From NCBI GenBank assembly GCA_964035545.1, contig OZ037768.1, positions 9,270,741 through 9,334,740 of the forward strand: 64,000 nt of DNA, read 5' to 3'. Below the pieces are notes generated by a model. The model was not told where the DNA came from. It searched no databases and saw nothing but the letters and a program-made list of their open reading frames with translations. This document shows positions 26,101 through 38,100 of this stretch, in pieces; the stretch's first letter is position 1, and every line of letters begins with the position of its first letter. The position numbers were made by a program, and so were the translations under genes. The stretch is from Bugula neritina. Its lineage: Eukaryota > Animalia > Bryozoa.

Positions 26101-29100
26101 TTGATATCAAGAGGTTCACCGTTGGCATCTTCACCATACACTTTGAGAGGTGCTTTTCCAGCTTTTGTGGTGTCAACAGTAAACTGAGCAGGCTGGTCTT
26201 GGGTGACACCATTTTTCTCCACACCAGGGCCACTAACCACTACCTAAACACAAATTATTTGATCCTTGTAACTCTATAGTCAGGTGTAAATTGTCTTAGA
26301 CTCTAAAAGCACAGTACAAAAGCTAGAACCACAACTAAAATAAAGCAGCTTGCAGGATTTTGACAGCACACAACACGCCTAATGTTAAGATTCACTTTAG
26401 GCAACACAATCAAGAGAAGGGTGAAAGATCAAGCACAAAATAGTAACTTACCCCATACGTACATTCTACTTGAAGTAACTCAACTTACAGAAAAGCATGG
26501 ATTCAAAGCGAAGCAAAGCTAATATTACTGAGAATTTCTCTTTTCATGACTTGAAATTATTAGTATAATATTCGCTCACAAGTGGATTGTCGGTGTACAT
26601 CACACCTTTTGTTTGGAAAACCTAAAGTGAAAAGTCTGCCTAATGATCGAGTCCTCCCAGTTTCTGATTGAGTCATATCTCACCTCACTGGGCTCAAAGT
26701 CAGGCCCAAAGTTTCCATTAGGCATCATAGAATGAGCCTTTCTGGCAAGATCAGGACTTATAAGGTCCTCATCTACTATGCCATCGGGAGATGATTCAGC
26801 GGTCAGAGCAGACTCAGGAATAATCTGAATATTTACGTAGCATGAGGTGCAAAAAGAAAAACACACAGGAAGGCAAAACATAGCTTGAAGGTAGGATGCA
26901 TTTATGCAACTAAGAAAAGCAAAACTAATAATACATTTATTCACAGCTACAAAGAAACTCAACACTGACAGAAAGATCACACATAGTTAGAATAGCTGAA
27001 CAAACGCATTACTAAGCACAACAAAATCTAATCAGGCATTATAGGTTAAATGTATGGTCATTTCTATGGCAAACAATAATTGTAATCATAGAAAACATGC
27101 ATCTTAGTTTTAGAAGTAGTGTGTAAGCAGTTTGCAAGTAGCCTTTTCAATTTTACAAAAATATTGGCTAGCTATCGCAATGGTAATTAAAAAAAGGTGA
27201 ATAAGAAATGCTAACAGGATTAAGATTATTTCAGTTTATTTCACTTACCATATCACTATTTGCTGCCAAATTAGCTGGAGCAATCATGGCCATGAATGGT
27301 GACTTGGGTATGTCTTCATTATCACAAAGTATGTGCACAGCGTACTCCCCTGGAGCTGTTGGTTTATATGTAACATCAGCAGAGCCATCCCCGTTATCAC
27401 TGCATTCAATCTTAGCTTGTGATGGCCCTTTAAAAATTCAGCTCATACATAATACTCGAAAACACAACATATCATTAGTATTAGATATTTGTACAATTTT
27501 CAAGTGCTGGTAGCTGAAAATAAGATGACAATGAATGGTTTAATTTAAGTTGAATCTAGCTTGTTAACAGAAATCAAACAGATAATTTTATTCCATATAA
27601 TGAAGACCTTCAATAGCAAATCCCAGAGCTCCAGTTTCTCCATTGGTCTCTACAATGAAATCAGCCGGCTTGCCAACCATTCCACCTTCCAGGCCAGGAC
27701 CATATGCACGAATCTTGCTGGTCTTGTAAGGCCCAACTGCCACCTAAAAAACATTTAGTTGAAAAGTGTTGCCATGAATAGAAACGCTTTTTTCGTTCAT
27801 ACCAGTGCATGATAAAAAATCTGACCTTAAATGGACTCTTAGCTATATGAGAGCCTCCAAACTGCAAGTTGACAGTATAGTTTCCAGGTTCAGCTGGGTT
27901 ATATGAAGTTTCATATGTGTTGGCATCTATTTTCTTAAACTTCAAAGGCTCAGATTTTCCTTAAAAAAAGATTATCACGTTGATCCTTATTTAGATGCTA
28001 AGAGATTTAAAAGGCATATCAATGAATTAGAAGATAAGACAAGCATGAAAGACAATAGTTGGAGCCTGAAGTTTAAAGTAGGTAAGCCTTATGACACAAC
28101 CCTAATAAAACTCCAAACCGAAACTGCTATTAAAAGTCAGAATTGCCCTCCAACTTCAAGCTCCAACTAGTGGCTTCAAATAAGCATGCTGCTTCACAGA
28201 GGCGTGCCAAATTAGGTAAAGGAGTAAATACTATTTACCTCATCTGATTCTCTTTTAATCACATTTAATATATTATTAAGTGGTAAAGTGTACTGTGAAA
28301 CCACTGAGCAATACTATTATAAGCATATGTATATCAAATCACAATCATTTTTATACAATTTTGTTGGATATTTGAACTTGATCAAATCTTAAAATCAACA
28401 ATCATACTTGTAATTTAATTATTTCTATAACTACCCACAGAGAAAAAGTTATGAACTCATTCATAAATTGAGAAGCAACTATTTATACTTGTATCCTAAT
28501 TAAGCTAATGCATGATACTGTTTGCAATATATATACGAAGTTCCATAATCTTTAGAAGAACTTGCAAATCAACCAGAAAGGAATTGAAACAAATACCAAA
28601 ATTCCTGTGAAGAATGCTGTGAGATGAGCTAGAATGTTAGAGCCTATACCATGGTGTTAAGAGTTGTCTTTGATTAGCCAAATTTAAACAGCATTTAAAG
28701 CACTCATCCATGCTGAAACTTTGCTAGAAGTGCATGTTACCACCCTAATCCTGACTAACCCAAGCAACCCAAATCTTAGAGTAGGTGTTATATATTTTTG
28801 CTCATTTAGTAATTTACTTTTGATAAGTAGTAGGGGATAGCATAAAGGAGTGCTTTAAACCACTGAATTTTTGTATAGCAGACAAGGGAAATGAAATTAA
28901 TTTATTAGAAAGAACCAGCAAGCTGAAAAGTTGAAACCGCCTGGTTTTAATCATTGAAAGAGCTACCTGACAATATGGACTCTTCCAGGGGCTCATCACC
29001 AGAGCCACCTATGTCTGGGGTATCACCTGCTATTTGATGAACACAATATTCTAAATACTATTATTGCATGCAGTAGTTAGTAGGAAGGATTAAACCACTA

Positions 29101-32100
29101 AATAAGAAAATATACTTGGAATAATATCTTGCATATTACTACAACTAGATTCAATCAAGCCCACATAATTACTATAATATGTATAATAAATATAATATAG
29201 TAATCAGAACTGCAGTTAGCCTATTGTGCTGATGTTTCAATGGTTAGACTGCACAGCTAAACCACAAATAAAGATCGTGACAGGATTTTGTTTACACTCA
29301 GAAAACCACTCAAACTGCAAGAAATACTGCACATATCATATCTGCTGACCGAGCCACTTGCATTACTCTAATGAGTTTGTTATGATAAAAGCATATTAGA
29401 TTATGGTAAAAGATAGTTCCAAGTATTCCCAGCAAAGTACACACAGCTCTAGAATGAGTTCCTTAGTACAAACTAGCAAACCTACCGGATGGTCCAACTA
29501 GGGTGCCAGTGACCTCAGCCTCCCCTCCACTTTCTGTGTGAACCAAGATATCGGCAACATCTTGCACTCTCACCCCCTTACCCTGAACACCTCTGCCAGT
29601 GGCATAGACCTTCTTCGGTTCAGTTGCTGGAACAAACAAAATGCACATTCAGTCTGAAATAAAGGTCAGTGGAAAACCAGCCATATTTCATAGTGTAGGC
29701 TGTAAACAATAACAAGCCATAGCCCATTTAAAAAGTCATATTTCTGCATCAGTTAGTAAAGAAAAACTTATGTCGCCATTAGTCAGCTTTACAGCTTTAC
29801 GTGAGATATTTGACAGTGTGAGCTAAGCCCTCCAGGAAGAAGTAAAGTTCAGTTTTGTAATATTTGTATTGTACATTTTTGTTAGGTTATAAAGAGTGAA
29901 TACAAAAAAGTGCCAATACACTAGCATACTTGTGCAAATATTTGCACAGGCTTGTTGACAGAGGTTACATTTATGCTGAATTCCTGCATCACAAGACTAG
30001 GTTGAAGTAGAGTTTTAAGCTTGTGTACAAATTTGACACTTCCTCTGTAAAATTCAAGTAATACTTAAACGATGCATTACAATTTTGAAACGACAGCTGC
30101 AAAACCCATCACAAAAACTGTGAGTTGCAATGTAGGATATTAAGGTCACCAGTGTTGAGCTGTGACTGCCATCAATCAAAACCTGTCTCATTTATCACAG
30201 ATTCATTGAGTTTGAAAAGCCAGAAATACTATTCCATAATCGGCACATTAAAAAAAGCTTCAGGAATCAACTGGAAAACAATGAAAATGGCAAAGAAATC
30301 AACTTACGGGCACCAATCATGACTGTGTATGGACTGAGTGGGATCTCTTTGCCAGCGAAATAGATATGTACTGAATATCTACCAGTCTCCTTAGTCATGT
30401 ACTCTACGTAGTAGGTTGTCTCAGAGGACTTGCTGATCCTTGGTTTGCAAGTGTCCTTGTGTCCATGTCCATCAACAATGATAACCTCAATGTTACCCAC
30501 ACCAGCACCTGTGTATAAACAGTGACACAATTTAAAAATGAAATATGGGAGAGAAATGGGTCAGAGTGTGTATTTGCATCTAAAGTTGATTAATTTCAAT
30601 GGTTGGCGTCCCAAATCACTATAGCGTGAAATCATGTAGTCAAACAGTTTGCCTAATCTTCCCTAGTAATAAAATATAATTTAAAATTCAGATTTTGAGC
30701 ATAGCGCAAGTAGAAGTGTAAACTTCAATAAGCATAAAGAAGTTTTGAGTAGAAGTGAACAGTTTTTCACAAGAAGACAAGCACAACTGGGGAATTAAAC
30801 ATGCTACACATGTGCAAAGTTAGTACAGTAATAGTATAACACAATCGGAATTAAAATAACACAGCCGGCTGTTGATATATCAGATGCAAGGGGTAGATAG
30901 TGATCACGTATAATGCTGTGCTCCATATGTTGATAAGTTCGCAATTTAACCCCAGTTCAATTAACTATTTATCTCAGTTTACTATGCACCGTTCCTATGC
31001 AATGCAAGTACTCAGTCAGGACTGAGGTGTGGCTGCATAACTTGCAGGTTTACATTTCTCAATTAGTCACCAGCCAGTAACTTTTTCCCATGAAAGAGCA
31101 TTCAGTCAGTGTTATTGTTGATCACCAAAGGAAATGGGCAAGGTATGATAAAATAGCATGTGGGTGTATCAAGACTAATTCCAAAAGATCTTGGCAACAC
31201 AAAGAAGTCATTCATGCGGGTAGCCATAAAGGGGGGGTTAGAAGAACATTATTGGAATGAATTCCATCATAAAAATAGTACCTTGCAGAGCCTCTAAAAT
31301 CAATGATAAATTATATAAAATTGAAGCTTGGTGAAATAATATTATATGGGTCTTATCAAATGAAAATTAGTAACTGCAAGCCCTATGATTCATCAGATGT
31401 TTGTTTCTCTGCATTGTTTGCAGTTAGCAAACAAAATGTTATCAAACATATCCTAGCGTAACATACTGCAGGATCTCTACTGTAGTTTTTAATTTCTAAG
31501 TGCCCTATTAAATGTAACATGATATAAATAAATTCCACTGCCATTACCCCACACCACCTAATAACCTAATGCAAAGGCTGACTAATTACAGCATATTTTT
31601 GTCAAAACCTATGACTCAAAAGGTAAATATTATAACATTTTCTGAAAAATCACATTGACAGAGTTTTGTTGGAGAGCAGAAAACGCAGCTAAAGTCATCA
31701 CTGCTACCCCAAATGTACTCTAGGTGTTTATAACATTTAGAGAGAACCTGCAACTGCCTGCAAGACAAAGTGAAATTTTACATTACATCCAAAATCTGGG
31801 GGTGTCTTTCCAATTTCCAGAGTCAAATGTGTATAAGATGGTTCAGCAGGTAGAATAATTGTATATATAATTTTGGAGCACTCAGTTTCAAAAGAGACTT
31901 GTGGTGAGAAACAGCTATACCTACAAAACCGGTGCCCTCCAGCTAACTAAAGCAAGGCTAAGGCAGCTGATCTCCTTTGAGTAAAATAATAGTAGGTAAA
32001 AATATCTAACATACTTTCACCAGAGATGCAGGGTGTAAGAACTAATAACTACTGACCAGTCTAGTTGGGTGGTACATCATCTACACTACAGAGGTATGCT

Positions 32101-35100
32101 GGCTGACTAATCCACCCACTTGGGTATCTCAGGAATGCTGATTATAATGATAGAGTGGAAAACAATTACCTTCTGTAAACACTTCGAAATAAGTTTTCTT
32201 GCCGCACTGCACACCAGTAGCTTCCAAGCCAGGCCCTACAGCAGTCACTTTCTCTGCATCTCCAGCCGCACCTTCAACCTTCACCTTGTACGGGCTCTTT
32301 GGGATTTCTTTTCCAGCAAATTTGATGATGACCTAATAGCAGCAACATTAGATATCTCAACCAACACTGCAATTTATACCTACAGCTGTTATGTAGGAAA
32401 CATGAGAATATCAGAGACGTAGAACGGCTGCCATGACAAAATAGTACAATCATACCTCCAATAAAATTGAAATATTATACAAAAAAGTCATCTTAGTTTA
32501 CACAACATCATTTGTTAACTAGTCTAAGTACAACTTGATTCACCTGGTGATTAAGTATGCTGTGACACCTTGCATATGCAGATAGTAGTAACTCAGACGA
32601 AATAATTACACCATGCTCCATCTACCATAGCACATGTACTAGTCAACTGAAACTAATGGACACACTAATAACACTGAAGTTACTCACTGTGTACTCTCCT
32701 TCCATCGAGGGGGTGTATGAGCAGGAATAAGTAAGGTTTCTGTCGTTGTTGAACACAACTTCACACTAAAATCAATGAAATGCAGAACTCCTTCAGCTTT
32801 TCATAAAAATGACAAAATTTGACACGAGGTTTTAATATGGCTGTGCTTTAATAATTCTTTATTGATAAAAAATGGAAATCAGCAATTTGGGCACTTCAAC
32901 TGCATGACAGAGGATGCATTACGGACTAAGACTAGGTGAGCAGGCGGCTCTTTCATTTTTCAAACATAATAAGGTCAAAGCTCACTCAACAGTTCAACAT
33001 ATTGCATTTTATGCCAACAGTGACTTTCATGGACTGTAAGAAACTCTAGTTTGAGAGAAGTCAAATTTTATAAACCTCCATAATTTTAATAATGTGCAGT
33101 TCGAGGCTTTATACCAAGATGTAAGTTTACATGCTGCATTTAACTACCAGATTTGTTTTGTGGAAGCCTCAGAGACAACCATTGGCTAATACTGACTGAA
33201 ACTCCAGTTCCACGATGTTGGGTTTAGTTTGCACTCGGCAGTCATCTTTGTGAAGTCAGTGAAGTATTGAAGAGAGTAGTGAACTGTAGCTTATCTTTAT
33301 GAATGCCATGAATATCATTAAATGGCAGGAGAAGGGCATTAAACTGTCAGTAAACTATATACACCTAATTGACTTTTAAAATTATCTGTCAACTGCATTA
33401 CCTCTTCAGCTTGTTCATCAGCATTGACCACTTGGACAGTGATTTCTCCACGGCCTGCACTAAATGTCTCAACAGTAAAGTAAGCCGGGGCGAGCGAACA
33501 CACACCTTCAGGCTCAAGTCCTACGTACAGCATAAAGACATCATGCACCATGCATTAACTACATGTATAACTCAGAAAACATCGCATCACTTCCAACTTA
33601 GATGGAGCACAGGCTGCTATAGTGTATGCATTTCCCACACGTGACATACATAGCAAGTAAAAGGGCCTAAGGCTACTCCATTAGAAAAACAGAAGAGTTT
33701 TCACATCACTGCATGTCACAGCAAGGATACTCTGTTTAACCACTGGCAGCATAATATACCAGTACAATAGCAGTACAAACTTGTGCATCAAACTTCAAGT
33801 ATGCATGATGAATCTTGCACTTACTAACTGAAACTGGACCAGTATTTCAAAAAAAAGTGAAAGCTTAGTCAATCTCAGTAGGCCTTTAGCTCTAGCATTT
33901 CAGTGTGAATAAAGAAAGCCCACCTCCCTTTCCCTAACACTAGTATGAGCACAACTAACTATACCCAACCCTCTTAGGTGGTGCTTATCGTAATTCCTTT
34001 GGCTGTGATAAAATCAGCATCAGTCAGTTGATATGAATGGACTATAATGGAAAGCTAATACATTGTTATTGTGATGTTTAACATGAGGTCTAGAATTTTC
34101 TCACCATTTCTGAACGTTTCGGTATGTTTCATAGAACAGTCTATTACTATATATCGCTTTCCATCAACAATTTTCAAATTTGTTACAACATGGAGCTTAG
34201 CAATGTTAACTGAACTGTAATCATGCTTGAAGATATTGCACAAGACAGGTAACACGGGACATAACTTAGTCAGGCAGTTTTCCCACTTACGTTTTCTGAT
34301 TTACCACCAGGGTTTGTAACAACTACGCTGGGCTGGCCTTTGCCGGCAGCAAATGTATCTATTTTGAAATTGCAAGGCCGCCCCTTGCAATTGCCTTTCT
34401 TTTCAAGACCTGAACAGTAACAAAGGTGATAGCTTTCTAGGAATTCATTGAAAAGTTGGATATCCAACACCAGTCAGCCTGATCAAATCTTCACATATTC
34501 TTTAGTTTTGTGAATGCGAGGTTGGCTTGAAGATTAAATTGGCTATTCAGTGAATAATGTCAAACTCAAATTACAGGTCAGCTCTATCTATCTACTCCTA
34601 TCACTCATTTCATAAATACCAGTCAAAACAAAATGCATTTAAAACTTGATTTTCCAAAACATTTAAAGTTATTGGAGTGTGAGCAGATCAAACAAAAGCT
34701 GTTGAAAGACTCATGAATAATGGTGGAGCAACATGAGCATTTATTACCTATGTTTATATGATTTCAAATCTGACCTACAATAACACAATGCATCAGATTC
34801 GAATGTGGTAGGGTTTATACCTGGACCATAAGCCCGAACTCTGGCAGGGTTGGTTCTCGGTCTAAGTGGAGCACCAGGTTTCAGCTTAGCATTGGGAAAC
34901 TGGGACAAGTAGGTCATCATACTCAACTCATCAATTTTAGGATTAACCATCTCCTCTGGTTTTATAAGCTGCAAGTACAAGTGAGATATGGTTTACTGAT
35001 CAGCCACTCTACCACAAGGGATTAGGATCCACCCACAAGCCAAGTCTGGCTACTGTCAATCAGCAGAAATATGTTTAGTTTCATCATTTACACTGCTTTA

Positions 35101-38100
35101 TTAATAGGCCAGCATCACCACATCTCCATATCCTGTTTGAACTATACATAGGTACAGTTGATAGCTAAGTTAACACTAACTACTATACTATACTCTGCAC
35201 TATGTCTTATCACCCTTATCTACATACTCAACAGCATGTTTTACTTCATAATTGTTGTATAGTTTTGATAGCTGTTTTTAAGCAGATAATCATTGACTGG
35301 CAAACACATCCATGTTACAATCACTATTTCACTAAACAAACTCAGAGAGCAATAGCTTACTAACTAAAATCAAATAGTGTGAACAGTACCCCTTTGTGGC
35401 CCAAAAGGATTCTTTTATATTTAACATCATGAGAAAAGTTATTTGTGGAACTCAACAATATTGCTCTGTGTGAGATGTTTCGATTACTTCGAATTATGCA
35501 ATGGATGCTCTTTCGGATGCTCATAAATTTGTGGTTGTGGTTTGTATGAGCTGTTTCTAAATATCTGAATGAAAAATCCATTTGCATAATTCGAAGCTTG
35601 AAAACATAATGCATTACCAGTGATCCACTGCCGGCAGTGAGCTTTCATTGTAACCAAAGCTTCATTTATTTATTTATAATTGAAAACTAGGTCATGTGAA
35701 ATGAAGCAACACTGCAGCTTGGCTGATATCCATGTGACATTCACAAACCTGTGGTACTTCAAGCCATTCCTCTGCAAGATCCATTGCCTCGGTGGCATTC
35801 TTCTTACCACTGTCTGGATTCCAGTCCTCCCAGTCAGGACACAGACCTAGCAAATAAAATGCAAGGAATCAAGCCAGAGTTTCTGCTAATGCCACACATA
35901 TACGTGACAAAAGGCCAGCATAATATTAGAGTCACATGCCTTCTACACAAAAAGCAGTACGAATAGGCTATACATTCTAGTGTCCAGGCAACAAGTCAAA
36001 TTACATGTTGCTTGATGAAATTTGAAGAAGCTGGCAGATAGCATTACACTATAAAAGAAAAGTACACAAGGATACTTTTAAATAACCACAGCTTTTTAAT
36101 AATAAAGAAAAACTGCACATAAAACTCCAGCAGGAGGAAGCAACCTAGTTTTAAACTTGTCTAAACACCTAATGTAAATAAAAAAAGATAGGTAGAAGTT
36201 TGCAAGTGGCAAGTAAAACAATATCAATAGATGACTGCGCCCTAGACTGGCTAATGCAAGATGAATAAGCAAGTCCATAACTCAAACAATAGACTTTCCA
36301 GTTGAGCAAATAATATTGTTATTATGTAGTATAGTAACAATGTAGCATATATGAAAATCATACGAAATACTTTCTCAGGGGTATTACAGCAAACAATCCA
36401 TTCTAATAGTAGCCACTTCGTATTTCAACTTGATCAGTTTGTCAACAGCACAGATTTAGTATGCGTTGCAGCATTGTGTGACTTGTGTAGTATGACTGTA
36501 GCTTGGTAGCAACGGTGTGCATAAATTATCATCAAAAACACAATTTACTGTCAAATCTATACCTGGGCCCACTGAGTCAACCAAAGCACCAATAGCCCGG
36601 CCATCATTCCAGTCGGTGGTGAAGTTTCGCACCGGCAGCTCTGGCAGCTTGTTCTGCACCCAAATAAGAAGCCTCTGTTTGGGTGTCGGCCCATCCTTTG
36701 CATCTGAAACTGGCATGTCCTCCTCGCCTTCCCACATGGGCATAGAGATGGAGTAGTGGAGGATGAGTGTCCATATTAGGCCAAGGATCAGCTTCAACTT
36801 ACTATCAACAATATCTGTACTGTCTGCAAGAAGCAAAGCACACGAAGCCTGAAATATCTAGTATAGAATGGCAAGGCATCAAGAAATACACTCATAGTGA
36901 TTACGGTCACTTAGCAAACATAATAGTTGTTTTTTATTGAGAAACTTTAGGACAGCAGTAATGCAGATATAAATAGAATAATTTTAGCTGACTGGCCCCA
37001 TTCAGAGGCATTGATCCTGCAACTGACCAGTAAAGACTGGTCAGTTATCTCCAGTCTGCTGGTCAACGACAGCCAAACCCTTTATTAGCTAAAACTTAGC
37101 CGCAACTGACTTTGATATGGTCATACTTTACAGTAAAAGTTAAAACTCCAGTAGCTAATCTTCGAGTGCTGTTGAACCCTTTGATAAATTTTATTAGCTT
37201 AGGAAATTCAATTATTTAATTCATATGAACAGTTCATACTTGATAAGCTGTACTAAATCTCAATAATATTTATAGCATGAGGGTTATCTGTAAACTAAGG
37301 CAATCCTAGTCTGAAACCCCAACGCCAAACTAAAAACTCAAGTTGATTGAAAATCTATATCTCTCACCTCCCAGAATTAGTTTACTAGTCACAGTTTACT
37401 TACATACTGATATTCAATGTTGCTTTGCTATAAGCATAAATGTCTGCATGCTAAACTGCATAGTTTCTATACACAGCTTGCAGGTAAAAAAGTGTTTCCA
37501 GTAAATTATTATGCACAGATGACATGCAGTCTCTTGGTTTGATTAATTATACCACAGGAAATGAGGCTGCAAGGCTCTCACTAACTAGCATTCCAAACAC
37601 TTTCGCAAGGCAAGTTGGTGAGCATGGACAAATTTGAGTGTAGGGATTTTATACTCTGGTGGCTGATAGAAACAGCATTCACTAGAGTGTTTAAAATAAA
37701 ATACCGGCAATATTTGCAAATGAACGTTGGGTAATGAATTTTGACTAAAATGTCCCTTTATTTTTTTCAGTGTGCTCCAAGTTGATTTGCATAACTTTCT
37801 AAAAGCAATACTTTCTTTCAAGTGCAGTGGAGGGGATAATCTGCATAATATTCTTCAACTACTACAAGCTTGCAGTAAACCTATATTATAACTTAACACT
37901 GATGTGAGCTTTGCATAAAATAACATAAACCATCAATCAAATGAATGGGCCACAGCCATTATATGATCCACTCTAATAATTCAACATGATATTTGAAGCT
38001 TATAGAAACTAATGCATGGATGCATGATCACAAAGCATGAAGAGCAATAAAAATAAAAAAGCTACTGTCACCAGCTAGTATCAGTGTGTGTCAAGCTAAT

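Noticed and set aside
35618-35641. 24-nt in-phase exon candidate containing the palindrome CACTGCCGGCAGTG
   Set aside because: The acceptor is purine-rich and the insertion would fall inside CH2, so it is likely chance.
37021-37046. Perfect 11-bp hairpin AACTGACCAGT-AAAG-ACTGGTCAGTT in a filamin intron
   Set aside because: Isolated, with no associated element termini or second copy, so no function can be supported.
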